Shown piece after piece: positions 38,401-51,662 of a DNA stretch of 64,000 nucleotides. The stretch lies in NCBI RefSeq assembly GCF_002113885.1, contig NW_018408848.1, forward strand, positions 868,502 to 932,501, in the 5' to 3' direction. The position numbers were made by a program, and so were the translations under genes. The notes under the pieces were generated by a model, which worked only from the letters and a program-made list of their open reading frames with translations, made no database searches and was not told the origin of the DNA. The stretch comes from Mizuhopecten yessoensis (Eukaryota). The number at the start of each line of letters is the position of its first letter. Position 1 is the stretch's first letter.

Positions 38401-39426
38401 ATGAATCCACATTTAGCAACATGTAGACTCTATTTTTCTATTTTAGGCAGCAAAATTCATTTTGAAGCCGCCTGATGAAAACCCTTAACTGCATATATTT
38501 TCTACCCCGTTTCAATGATATCGTCATATTCCTTACTGATATATGTGTGATAAAAGAATGCCATTCGTTTCATTCTAAAAGAAAATAAGGACGTCTTTGA
38601 CATTACTGCAGATCCATTGTTTTCAAATTTCAAACAACAGGATTGAAGTACAGCTAGTAACGTATTCGTTATGTTAGTGCAATCACACTATGTTCCTATA
38701 GTGTCATGATTAAATGCTATTTAGGACATAGGGTGTTTTATAGAAGATTTAGCCTGTACATGTGCTCAAACTGATGTATAGACCCATACACGAGTTTGAC
38801 TTGTCATACATGTACTACTTTTATGATTATTCTTGTTATTTTTGATATTGATTCTTCTATCGTCATGTTTGTCTGAATAATAACACCATATCAAAGAAAC
38901 AACCCCTTGTTTTGATATTATCAAAATAATCAGTTATACCACTGATATCTAGTACATGGAGTTGGATACTTACTGAGCTGTAGGAATCCATGGCATTTTC
39001 GTACTCCGCTTCCCCCATAAACTTATCACCCTCCCCACGGTACATCTCTAACATGTACTGCTTCCGCTCCTGCGCCTTGCCGCCTGCGGCTGGCACTTTC
39101 GGAAGCTGACGTGGATGCCGGGGAAGAGTGGGAACTGCAGCAGGGTTGACGTCACGGCCATGGAGAGCAACCGTATCGGTACTACTGAGGATGTTCACTG
39201 ATATCGAGTTGACCGACGTCCCCGTGGGTCGGGGAACTCGAGGCAAGGCACGTGTTTGGCGGGCACCAGTTTGAGCTTCCGGTGGTTTACATGGTGGCAC
39301 CGGAAGCATTCTACCCGATCGGGGTATGTGCGCGTCATTGAAGTTGTGCTGTAACTTGCGTAGGTTCCTGGAATGGTTGCTAGGTTTCGGCGAGGAAGCC
39401 CGGTGTCCGAGCAGGGTCACGGTCAT
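20033..39426 (-). CDS. TTC25: TTC25/ODAD4-like TPR protein (outer dynein arm docking complex subunit 4-like), 11 coding exons, ~925 aa
   Basis: Exons 39426-38974, 28917-28786, 25677-25524, 24801-24743, 24606-24324, 23315-22599, 22344-22137, 21812-21726, 21260-21064, 20794-20726, 20451-20033 (2778 nt, GT-AG, phases consistent). Motifs FVARSRC, LYQKAE..ALVYY.KGY..RPD, GDLS, LGKMYSDKKYLEKL, SRALGNLGR, WLYHELGNC, QLQSSVL match TTC25 as recalled; may be a paralog. Confidence 0.85.
20726..20794 (-). CDS. TTC25: TTC25-like coding exon 10
   Basis: VKLRQYHAAFNTFERAMDQARMQ. Confidence 0.88.
21064..21260 (-). CDS. TTC25: TTC25-like coding exon 9
   Basis: ESAWLYHELGNCFLVLG..QLQSSVLLGVAE. Confidence 0.9.
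21726..21812 (-). CDS. TTC25: TTC25-like coding exon 8
   Basis: NDSEAISRALGNLGRIYVFQSKHQKALD. Confidence 0.88.
22137..22344 (-). CDS. TTC25: TTC25-like coding exon 7
   Basis: AKLYSYIGNAAIEM..YHKRDLDIG TPR. Confidence 0.88.
22599..23315 (-). CDS. TTC25: TTC25-like coding exon 6 (long basic low-complexity region)
   Basis: Within ORF 22453-23379; GLNFLYDRVLYWVRQ; AG/GTAAGT flanks. Confidence 0.82.
23338..23986. mobile_element. 649-bp MITE, 20-bp perfect TIR, 3-bp TSD TAT (PIF/Harbinger- or Zator-like)
   Basis: GGTAGCAGTATACAGTAGAA 23338-23357 / TTCTACTGTATACTGCTACC 23967-23986; TAT on both sides. Confidence 0.85.
24324..24606 (-). CDS. TTC25: TTC25-like coding exon 5
   Basis: ..EKRIKEVLGKMYSDKKYLEKLMEQA. 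Confidence 0.85.
24743..24801 (-). CDS. TTC25: TTC25-like coding exon 4
   Basis: GRRRNITQAGDLSMLLNNSK, phase 1 to 0. Confidence 0.8.
25524..25677 (-). CDS. TTC25: TTC25-like coding exon 3
   Basis: ALYQKAELQFSERNYESALVYYGKGYRQRPD..; donor GTCAGA (alternative GT 9 nt earlier). Confidence 0.85.
28786..28917 (-). CDS. TTC25: TTC25-like coding exon 2
   Basis: ALKLVPDNTETFVARSRC..ALALDPTCLE, AG/GT flanks. Confidence 0.88.
29925..30556 (+). repeat. Uninterrupted copy of the ~630-bp repeat that is fragmented at 2986-17376
   Basis: Colinear similarity to five fragments; 3' hairpin TATAACAA..TTGTTATA. Confidence 0.8.
35254..36201. mobile_element. ~950-bp non-autonomous DNA transposon, Kolobok-like
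   Basis: TTAA|GGATGTACTCTTCTGAG ... CTCAGAGGTGTACATCC|GTAA (15/17 TIR match, TTAA-like TSD). Confidence 0.7.
38974..39426 (-). CDS. TTC25: TTC25-like coding exon 1
   Basis: ATG 39426; ..YRGEGDKFMGEAEYENAMDSYSS then GTAAGT donor. Confidence 0.8.
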
Positions 39427-42400
39427 TATGATAACGTTTACTCGTTTATAGCTCAAATGTTTGTTACAAAAGAAAAACAATATTTCTAAAATAAACGAAC
39501 TACCACCACCAAATATTGCAATAACTGTCACATCAAACTAATCACGACAGTCGTCGGTGCTAGGAAAATCCAAGCTAGCGCATAAAAGCGTCACATTTTG
39601 ATTGAGATATTAAAATCACAGACTAAGAATCCGAACTTCCAGATGTGTTACACCGTAAATGGGTAAATGAGGTTCCATCTTTACAAATTACTACCTCGTC
39701 TTTTTGTTGCAGTGTGAATCATCCAAGTCTCTCAATTTGATTCTCGAAAACGCTCCTCTCTGCGCATGCCAACGCTCGTGCTGATAGGGAGCCGGAAGCG
39801 GTCAATGGCCAATCTGAAAATGAAAGTTATCAGTAATAGTGTTCTTATCGTTGAGGTTCAAATGTTCTGCTACAGCGTGATGAAAATGTCTTTGTGTGCG
39901 AGTTCGATACATACATTTAAATGGCCGCGTTAATATTTGTTCCCAAGATTATATTTGTCGACCGGCCCGGTATGATGTTCTGATATAATGTCGAATAATG
40001 ACACATTGTACCCCCACCATACCAAGCTAAGTGCTGTGATATAACTGTAGACTACTATCTAGAAGATAAACAAAGTATATCACAAAATCAGACCATGGCA
40101 TGATTCAAGTTTATTTACTCGATATAATCTTTAATCAAACAGAACCTGGAATTTTATGATTTCGTACCTGATCACTCTGTAATTCGGTAAGATAATATCA
40201 AAATTTACAAAAATTGTGACAGGAGAAAAAAATGAAAAAGAAACATTTAAATGCGAACTATACAGAGCTACAAATCAGGCCAAATCTACGTATATCAGAT
40301 TTCTGTTTTGAAGCGGAAATCTTGAATTTTCACAGTGCGTTGCTTTTTTTTTTAACTAAATTGATTTTTTTTGTCGCGCAGGTGTCACTATATAAACTGT
40401 GATTGTTAACCTAAAAAAGTTAAGGTTTTATCCACCCATACATTGCAAAATATGATATCTCAGTTAATATATCGTTCTCAATATGCGTAGCTAAATTCAT
40501 TAAAACAAGTAGAACAGAATGCTGAGAGTTACATATAAAAGTTACCTGTATACCAATCGCGCACCTGTGTATTACGGTACTGTTGAGTGTGTAGTCAGTT
40601 TTCGCCAAATAATGTAATTTATTTGAGAGAATTATACTGGTCGTTTGGTATTTATAGTTCCAGATGATTAGTGAGCATTACCAATATAGGTAGTGAAATA
40701 ATTTCCATTTCCAATAAAACTGCAATATGACTGTTGGTCAGAGGTGTATGTGTTATTGTGTGGCGAGGGTTTTCACCGAGGTTAACCTTTTCACACGATA
40801 ATGCTATAATCTTAATCCTCTGATATGTTTAACCAGGCCGCGGTCATCAGCCTGTCAGACTTGACCCCACACTAATTACAAAGTATCAAAACAGAGACTA
40901 TAATAAAAAAAAGGAGACACTCGTATAATCTTCTCTAACTAGACTCCTTTTTATTAATTATTACATGTAGGTAATATTTGCCAATTTGAATATCAAGTCA
41001 TTTATCGAATATCATGATTTATTATGTAACATGATATGTATAAATGGATGTGTAATCATGAAGAGTTGAGTGCATAGATCAATATTTTCTTTGGTAAATA
41101 AAATAATTTATTTTTTATTTTTTAATTAATATGGTTAAATTAGTCGAGTAATCTTGTTGAAAACAATCGTCCAATATTATTTATTTAATGACGAACGATC
41201 AATGAATTGATTTGTTTTTATTTGTTATAATGATATTGTTCTCTGATTTTGTGATATTTTTTTCTCATTTAGAGCGTACAACACTATATATGGATACGCA
41301 GTACATTTTTATTTGATCTTGAACGATTAAAAATACGAAGATTGGCAAGAAAAAGCAAGATAGATGTTAGAATCTAAACAATATTACCAATATCGTATCG
41401 AATATATTCAATAAATGCTGTTTGCTCAAGTTTGTCAGGGATGGTCTGCCGAACATTCTTAGTATGATAATAAACATGTATGGAGATGGGTTGTTCATTT
41501 CATAGTGGTTTTAAATTGAATGTTAATGGACATGATAAATAAGGAATGATATCACCATCATCGTCATCATCTCGTTAAAAGGATCCAGTTATGATATAAA
41601 CTGCGCCCTCCACTATACCTGATAATATTCAAATTGTGTTATTTACGCAGTTGTTGATAGAATTGTCAATAATGTTCGGTTGTACAGTTTCTAATAACTT
41701 ATGTGATAATAAACTCATATGCATATAGGTAATTATCATAACGGCGATGAAAAAAAAAAAATGAAATGTTTAATATGAAATCATCATCGTCATCATTTTG
41801 TTTATATGATTATGATTACAAATAAATTACGTTTTCTGCTATACATGATAATATAACATTATCGCACCTAGCATGTGCCTTGTCGATGTAGGGTATCTAA
41901 ATATAGGCCTACATTGCTTGTGTAGATCAACTGCATGAACGATTGTAATGATCGGTCTCCATCGTCTCTCATGTATAGTTTGTTAAAACTAATAAATAAA
42001 CCGCATTTGTTCTAATATCGATTTTGTTTTAAATTCAAACTGTGCATTTCTTGTGACGTATATCAAATCATAACATCAGACTATAATTTAAAGTCGTAAA
42101 AGCTGACACTTCAAATATGTTTGCGGGATTATTTATGTTTTATGGGTGTTGTGTTTTATTGAAATGAAAATACAATGTATGTTTTCCATTCCGTTGCTAA
42201 AAAGTCAAGATAAAACAGTATGATATAACAATTAGTTAAAGGTTATTTTTCTAACTTAAGGATAGCAGAACTAAAGCTTTTAATGGATGTAAATATAAAG
42301 TTTTGTTTGGATATTTTAATGGTTTTTTGTTGTTGTTTCCGGTCTTAATACAGGGAAGATAATCATGTTTTGTATGTCTTTATCTATATATCTCCACAAT

Positions 42401-44165
42401 CAAGTGATGACAAAGAGGTAAGTTAAGTACACTGTAGTATGCCCACAATGCCGGTATGTGACAGTATGAGAGAAAACTTGAAGTTACTGATGACATAGAG
42501 TTAAGTTAAGTACACTATAGTATGACCACAATGTCCGGTCGTAGTCAGCCGGAGTTGACTTTACATTATACTGGCCAATTATTGAGTACATTCTTCAATG
42601 GAACGACGAAAACATCAACATTACCAAAGATAAACAAACACGATTTAAACCCCGGACTCGTGTTTTTATACATAGTATGAAAGAAATCTAATCCATTTAT
42701 TTGTATACACAAATTCAATGTGTCAATATTTACCCTCCGTAAACACCATATACCAATTTTATAAACATATTGATACAAACGGCGCCCATGTAAAATAAAC
42801 GACAGCATCGGAGTTCAGTATATCGAAAGCTATGAATCCGCTTGTCAATCGAATCAGACAAAGATTCATTTGCATGTGTGATACACCAATTGTACATACA
42901 TTATTATATTGAACTGTAATGACCCACTTATAGATTCATCATTTTATTTGCTGTCAGCTTTTGATTTTTTTCTCACACAAATGTTATTTTCTGCACACGA
43001 GAATAACATACTATGGAATTTAAGAGATATATCACTGATAATTGATTAATATTAAGTATGTATTTGACGAAGTAAATTAACCACATCAAATTTTAGAACT
43101 TTTATTCACTATAATTTTGGGCATATTATTTGGTTAATCTGATAGTTATGGCTTAATAATGGTACACAAAATGAGGTAAAGAGGCTGTCCAAATGAAAAT
43201 ATTCTTGTGAATAGAATTTCGATTGCTTTTAACGTGTGTTATTAAAAGGAAATTTATCACTATTAAAATGCGTTTTGGGAAGTAACGACCGTAATATATT
43301 TATTGTATGTGATCATTGACATGGCGAGAATGATTCTAAATGTAAATCACAACCGTTTGCAAAGGAGATAGGGTCACTTAAAATTTCTCAAAGGGTTAAG
43401 ATCCTATATACCATACAGCTGACAAGCATAGAAGATCGTGTCATTATATATCAGGAAAATATCACAATGGGTTATTATAAACGAAGATAACGTTTAGAAT
43501 TAAGACCAATAGGGAGAGTTTTCCTGTTCCCAAAAAAATGCAGTTTATTATGATAGATAATTAATATTACTTTATACAAATTCAAATGTGAAAAAAGAAT
43601 ACAGTCAAAATAAGAAAAAGCAAATTGAACCTTAAGCATATTGAAATTTTCAGCTGCAGGAAATTCTTATAATGGCACAAAATTGTATTAACGTTATAAC
43701 AAGGTTCAACTAATCTGGATACATCATATGTTTTGCATTATCAATAAAAAATTACTTGCACGAGAATTTAGTACAATTCTGCTTAAAGTAAGAGGTGTTT
43801 AGATATTTTATACAAATTAGACACACACGGAATTTCTTTTAGTACGACATATATAATATAAGAATCGAATGGATATCCTTTAGCACAAATTTGATATTGA
43901 TTTTAATCATAGCAGTAGTTTGACGTGGCACTTATCACTACTTATACAATAAAAAGCAAATCTATCACAGTACTTCTCTATCTGTATACCATCCACCATG
44001 GGTATGGTGTAAAAACAGCATAAATATTTGTTTCACTAGACTGATATTCTAATTTCCTACAGTATATTTTTATGATACAATGTTAGTCAATGCTTATGCA
44101 TACAGAAGACACTTCTTTCGATTTAACATATGTATAATATATATCGGGTCTCATTTGATACTCAC

Positions 44166-44291
44166 TGTGGTCAATCACTGCTGTGGTCAGCTTCAGCGGA
44201 CACTTGAGGTCAATCCGTAGCGTCCAGCGCTCCGGTCGTACTCCCTCTGTTACTATGTATACACAGGATCAACTCGGGGATAAATTAAAAT
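44166..44291 (-). other. Candidate non-coding (5'UTR) exon
   Basis: TTTTTCTACAG acceptor, GTGAGT donor; upstream 83-nt GT-AG intron 44374-44292; stops in all three frames. Confidence 0.4.
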
Positions 44292-45807
44292 CTGTAGAAA
44301 AACACATTAACCAAATTTTAAAACAAAAGAAACGCACTCATTAATACCGGTTTACTAGAACCTGTATTAGTTACCTGTGAGCAGGACGATTAATAAGTAC
44401 ACATAATCAGTCATTAAATTACCCTACTCACAATGGGTAACTGGTCGGTTGTGCGATCAAACGGGGTACATGTGCTGATATTCCGGCTACGCAGCGATGC
44501 GCTCCAAAGAATTACAAAGGATCTGGGTTTATGAGGAAACCCTACACTGCTACAGTAGCGTAAATATAACTCACTATGGAACCTGGTCAGGGCCGGCTAG
44601 GGGTAACGCTTCGATCAGCAGGCTTGATCAATGATTTATACAGTAGCTATACCAGTACTGAATGCAACTTCAATTGATTTAGTGTTACAAGAGGCAATTA
44701 TGTCAGTATTTAAAATATTTTAGAAAATGATTTATTGTATTGTTTATCGTGTGAGGTCGATAGAAACATTTGGTGTCAAAGCATATATAAAGGGGAAAAG
44801 TTGCTAGACATTATTTCCTAATGTCAGCATCGTCATACATTGGGGAGTGGGATTCTGATCCAATACGAAATTAATTTCTTGCCTGGAGTTTTGATTGCAG
44901 TTGTTGCAGATTATACATGTTTTACCTAGGAAGCATTGAGCAGGTGCAACTGAGCAATATACGTGCTCTTCTAATATAATACAGATGAAATATTTATTAA
45001 ATCCAAGAATTTATAATGAAAAATGATAATTGCATAATTTTGCTTTCATGCTGGCTTCTTGTTCTAATGCTAAGTTCATCTTCACTTTTGTGATCGATAC
45101 ATTGGTATGCATGGGTAGGTGCGAAAAGAACGTCGTTTGTTCGTTGATGATGAAAATGTTCTATACAAAAAGATTGTGTCATAGCTTTATTCTATTACAG
45201 TTAAAGTATCACTGTTGGCTCGTCATTTAGATTTTGTTCCAAGTTTTTGTGCTGTATCGTTTCACAGTAAGCTCAAATATATTTTTGCCCGGCCAGTCTT
45301 CCATATAACACACACATTGTTCGGCCCGAGTCGCTAGGTACGAATCAAAATTTCCCATACGTATGACAGTGTATTGATTGGCTAGGTAGTATAGATCTAC
45401 TCTGTGTATAATTGCGATCTGAGCGCAATAGATATCCGTGTACACAAACCAACAGTTAAAACAATACCCAACTACTGTCAGTTATACACGCCATCCATAA
45501 CGAGGCTCTACACGTAGCGTACGACTCATCAGCTATTCACGAGTAAGGTACAGACAGGAGATGTATGCAATATTATTTCTAAAATAAACTACACACACGT
45601 TATTTTTTTAAAGTTTAGGATCATTGTATGTGCTGTATTTCTGATAAAGTAAAAATATATTTATGAATCGTTTAATCAAAATTATCACTGTATATTAAAC
45701 ATCTGACCACAATTATAGTTATTTATTACAAATTTGAAAAAACACAAGATATTTACACTTAAAATCCTCACCATATATAAACGAAATATAGCAATCATCA
45801 TATATTT

Positions 45808-45891
45808 AAAATTCATAATGTCCATCACATATTGACGAAATATAAGGTATTCATTACATTTCGTCAATATGTGATGGACATTATGAATTTT
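45808..45891. repeat. Perfect inverted repeat, 34-bp arms, 16-bp spacer
   Basis: AAAATTCATAATGTCCATCACATATTGACGAAAT (45808-45841) and its reverse complement (45858-45891). Confidence 0.9.
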
Positions 45892-48800
45892 CATCATCAT
45901 ATCCATAAATACATTCTTCTTTAATTTGATACTACCAAAATATAATTACCAATAAAAACAGTTTTACTCCTGAATGCTTTTGATTTTTATGAACGCACCA
46001 TTTTTCGCATTGATAATGTCAAAACGATTAAACATAATATAAACCATAATATTGATGAAATGATAGCGGATATTGCTAGATAGCAAAGGTTATATACAGA
46101 CTGTAGAAGAAACGAAATGCTGAATACAGGTTTACATTAACCCTCTCCTCTCTAACCCAAACCTAATTTAAGGTACATTTTTGATACACAACGTTATAGG
46201 TCCCGTGTAAAGCACGTGTTGATACCATTAGTATGGACCAGTGATTATGTATGCCATCAAAGGACGACCGCCCAACTCGCGGCCAGCCGACCTGTCACAT
46301 TCCGTCGCTGACAGTGACACATGCATGTTGATGTGACCATTTTTCATTGATTTGTTGTACCTTGGCTATTTATCAAATGTCTCTTTAAACAAAACCATTT
46401 TGTATTGATCTCACGGACACGGCTAACAATCTACTTAATTGTAACATTTTATCATAAATCCCAAACAAGTTGGATGCACTTCCTTATTAGCGTGGTGAAG
46501 CTGACTTTCAAGTGTCAAACATGTTTAGCAGCAAACCTACTCTCTAAATGGAATTATTGCAGACATAGCTTGATTACTTCCTTATTGCTGTGTTTATTCC
46601 TCTACATTTATATTGGTTTTGTCAGATATATCTGACAGAAAGTAACTCTACAACGTTTTGACTAAAACTGAGAATGGAGTACATGTTAAATGATATGTAT
46701 TATACGTTATAACGCACCATTGTGATCTGTGATATATCGATTCCACTTAAATAACATATAATTAGCATCATATCATAATCAATCATACATGTAACTTGAG
46801 TATCAGCAATGCATATACAGATTACATTGATGAAACAAGCACTTAAATTAATACACATGTACTCGTTCGCAAAACGTATGATTAAGACAAGACATTAATT
46901 ATGATATGCACAGGCTGCTTGGGTTAAGTGAAGAACCCTTTTGAAAAGACGATGCTTGTCAGAAACAGGTATTGGGTTATAGTGTACATGTAGTATTGTA
47001 TGTGTTAAATGATGTAACGTGAAGGTTCGATAGAAATTACGTTTGAATCTTATATTGTTTGTGTTTGTACAATGATGAAAACGGACGAACTCAAACAAAG
47101 ACCCGTGAGTCTGACTCGAGAACCCCATCGTATTACAACAGTTCAACAGTCCTTATAATCAGTTTGTGTAAACAGATTTAACCCAAGATTGTTTTGATTT
47201 TGTTTTCAAACTTAATTCATATAGCAGACACAATGATATGTAATATTTGATAAATTATTGCTTCGATCTGATACAATATAATATCATCGAACGCATATTG
47301 AGCTGTAAATCTGACTTGTTTGACTTAAGCAAAATTGCAATTACAATAGTACTATCTTCTGAATCACACTGATCTTACTGATTGATTCTGGCAAGTATGA
47401 CTTGGCGTAAATACAAAATATATGCTCATAAACATTTCAACTATATTGTGGAATATTCTTGGAATTTTGAAATCCAGTGTGACCTCTACTTAATGAGCAG
47501 TATATGTTTAGTTCTAGCATGCCCATGTATATAACTACTCATGTTATATATTGTAAACCGGGAAACGTTTGGCCTGTCAACTTTTCGCAATTCGACAGTA
47601 AAGTTCATTTTCGCCTTGTATAAAATGGCGCCCTTCTTATTTAATTTATTTGTATATTATGTTGCTTAATCATTTATGCTTTAAAGATAAATTCGTAACA
47701 ATTACGTACGTTTGATAGTCACCTGTAAAACCTGTTAGGTCCGACAGGGAAACTGATACTCCTGTCTGGAATCCAATGTATATTTCAGAACCGGCTTTCA
47801 TTCACCTTAACAGCTTATTATCAAAATATGTTAAACTATAAGGAATACGAGGCATATTTTAAATGTCGGCCTATTTTTAAATCGGGCTGATTATAAAGAT
47901 TTTATGGTATTCAATTTGAAATTGTACTGTTTGGGCAACTTGGCGAATATAGCTAAATTAAGAACCTTGAAAATCCATTTCCAGTCTCTAAATCGAAAAA
48001 TCCAATTAAGCGAGACAGTTAAGAATAAAGTCCTTATTTGAATGTTGTGTCATATTTTAATATTTGTACTTGTTATAAAAATGAGCGTTTACCTCATGTG
48101 CACTTTACAACGACATGGTCAACTGCACATATATTAAGCTGAGTTAAAAAAGGAAATTCATCTAAAACTTCAAACCCCATTGTTATGCGAAAATGAGCTT
48201 CAATTTAACAAAATCAAGCCTACTATTCATTTTAATAAATTTTCAAAAGACATTGCATGGACGAAAGTTGGAATAAAATAATGTTGTATAAGCTCTTCTT
48301 AATTTGAGCATATTCAGTTAGAAAGATGAACTTTTCGTTTGTCAATTGTCCCATGTTTTTATTTGATTTTGTCAATTTTAGTACTCATATTGTACTGGTA
48401 AGACAATAATTATGTATTTCATTAAGATTATAAACACATCCGATTTCAGTTTAATTTATCTAGTCATGAAATTAAACGTTTTCCTAGTGGCATGCTATTC
48501 AAGTTCAGCTATCTCAGGGCCTACCCTTATATTAAGCTGTACGCACATATATCCTATCTTAATTCTACCTGACCGATTTTCCAATATAACCTTGTAACTC
48601 AATTTTTTCAAACGTAGCAGCTCCTTCATTCTGGCTACTTCATATGTTGGTACGTGTTTGGAACAATATCATCAAATAGTTTGTATGCGAAAACTAGGTC
48701 ATATTGTCAGGCAAATTTGTGTGTTATACAAAATATAATCATCACAACAAAAGCTTTTAATCTAGTATCTATATCAGTATGGTCCGTGGTCGATGGATCT

Positions 48801-49344
48801 CTAACCATGGCTCTCAAGAGTTCTTTTCATAGAATCGAATTGAGCAGAAAGTAAAACGATATAAAACATATTCAAATAATACATTGGATCTATTTGACAC
48901 CCACATTTGTTCCCTACTTAAGCTTGGTATTGATTGGTATTGAGTCCCAAACGACAGCACAATGGAGTTCATTTCATAAATAAAGTTCGAGTTTAAAATC
49001 GATTTCAGTTTGTGTTAGATTTTATGTTGGGATGGCATAAGATATCGCATGGATAATTACTATTGCTTTTCGCTTGTATATAGATTAATGAACGCAAGGT
49101 CACACGTCTCTTCAAAAGTTGATGTGGGAGGGAGACTATAGATTAGACTCCATATATGCACTTACATCAGGTTTCATTCAACAAATAACACATCATATAG
49201 AAAAAATAAAATTTACTTTTCAGAAGCGTTAGGTTTTAGTTTCGTTTATATTGTAAACATTATAGATTTAGGGTTTGAGTGAAATCCCGGACAATATCTA
49301 GTTGTATGAAGCTTTAAAAAACAGTGCTAAGAATACAATACTAT

Positions 49345-50260
49345 TCAGGATCCAGACAACAGAGTTCAGGATACAATTGTAACACGCATCAGACAAACAG
49401 TTATGCATAGTCGAAATATGATCTAAACACCAGGGTCCAGGATACAAATAAATCAAGCATCATACAACAGGGTCCAGGATACAAATAAATCAAGCATCAT
49501 ACAACAGGATCAAAAATACAGTTGTATCAAGCATCAGACACCAGGGTCAAAGATACAAATGAATCAAGGCATCAGACACCAGGGTCAAGGATACCGTTGT
49601 ATCAAGCATCAGACAATACGGTCAAATATACAAATGAATCAAGGCATTAGACACCAGGGTCTAGAATACAGATAAATCAAGAATCATACAACAGGATTAA
49701 GGATACAGTTGAATCAAGCATCATACAACAGGGTCAATGATACATATGAATCAAGCATCAGACACCAGGGTCAAGGATACAGTTGTATTAAGCATCAGGT
49801 CAAGGATGCAGTTGTACCAAGCATCAGACACCAGGGTCTAGAATACAGATAAATCAAGAATCATACAACAGGGTTAAGGATACAGTTGAATCAAGCATCA
49901 TACAACAGGGTCAATGATACATATGAATCAAGCATCATACAACAGGGTCAATGATACAGTTGAATCAAGCATCAGACACCAGGGTCAAGGAAACAGTTGA
50001 ATCAAGCATCAGACACCAGGGTCAAGGAAACAGTTGAATCAAGCATCAGACAAAAGGGGGTCAAGGATACAGTTGAATCAAGCATAGGAAAAACGAGTCC
50101 AGGATACAGATGAATTAAGCATCAGAAAAGGGAATCCAGGATACAATTTGTTCAAGCAGCAGAGAAAAGGGTCCAGGATCTAGTTGTATTAAGCATCACA
50201 CAACAGAATCATTGATACACCTACGTGATACATCATAGAAGAAGGTCCAGTATACAGTTG
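49345..50260. repeat. 37-bp minisatellite, ~24 copies
   Basis: Consensus CACCAGGGTCAAGGATACAGTTGAATCAAGCATCAGA; e.g. starts at 49977 and 50014. Confidence 0.92.
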
Positions 50261-51662
50261 TTATCGAATTGTTTCACTCGATGGAATTTGCTGGTGAAAA
50301 AACCCACATTATCGGCTATTTAATAAAAACTCTTATTTTAAAATGTCGAATTAACGCCTCGTCGCCCTAATGCGGCTTGAAACACACGCCAGCTATTACA
50401 TACAAATGTATCCATATACCTAATGTCCGTATGTCTCATTGTGTAATGATAAAGACCGCTGATTTCAAGTTACGCTCTATTACTTCGTACATGTAATTCC
50501 ATTTTATGCGAGACGGGGCCTCATTATAGACTTGTGATTGTTCCAGGAGATTGCTGTGGCATGTACATTGTAGTTGATACCCTAACAGCATTATCAGCAG
50601 GTAGACGATAAAAATGCAAATTTACGCTCGAGGAGCAAGTCGTTACTGTTGGCATTAGCTTAATGATGCAGTATTCCGAAGAGTTGATTATCAAAACCAG
50701 CAAAAAAGCACATTTATCCTTTCTAAAAAAAGTTGGTAATATCATTATTTAGACTTGTTGGGAGACGCCGGCGTGAAGTGGAGATTGAATTCGAGAGGCC
50801 CCAGATTAATCCTTGCCGACTCCCCGGGTCTTCAATAACACAATTAATAACTTGAAAGTTTATTTGTAGTAAGGATAGTTTTACAAACAAGGACGTGTGT
50901 TTGTGTTTGTATTATACGGGGATTGATTTTACTCATAGTTCATGTTTAACATGTTCATGAGACAGCTCCAGTAGAACACGTCAACTTTGACACTCTAAAA
51001 TCAACCAATATGAAACCCCTGGTAATGCCACTGATATCATGTTATTGTAGAGCATTCGCTCACTTTCTTTTTACTTTTACCATACGTATTTCAAAAGTCC
51101 TAGCTTTACAACGATGATGCACATTGATGTTCACCTTTTAGACAAAATCAGGTGAGATAATATTTGTTTTATTTTTTAATTCAGACACGCTAGTAAAAGA
51201 TTTATGGTATCAATTTTTCTATTGAATTTGTTATTATCGTTAAAACTAACAAAACAATAAAAGCACGTTAAGGCAGGTCAGCTTTAATTATCAAATGAAT
51301 TTTCGGTGGGGACAACTTTTGTTCCACTGGATCAAATCGATCATTCTTGCATAAAAGTGATTGCTATCGTTTTAAAATATACCTTTGTACTTGTAGTTTA
51401 TCACTTGAACAATTACAGAAAATGTGATGTATTTTCCATTTCTCAGCAACCGTTGTGATTGGTCAATTATGCAATGATATTTTTCATCTAGTGATATCAG
51501 CTGCACATATGATAAATATAATGAAGCATCGATGTATACATGATTCGTACAGAAAGATACGATATTCGTGGTGAAGGCTGGAGGTATTATCTCCCTTCAT
51601 ACACAGCTGTTTTGAAGTCTGCCTCACATGCACACTACTGTGTACTAGCGAGTTATAATTAA

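Noticed and set aside
49345-50260. CRISPR-like array (37-bp period)
   Set aside because: Contiguous repeats with no unique spacers, eukaryotic context, no cas genes
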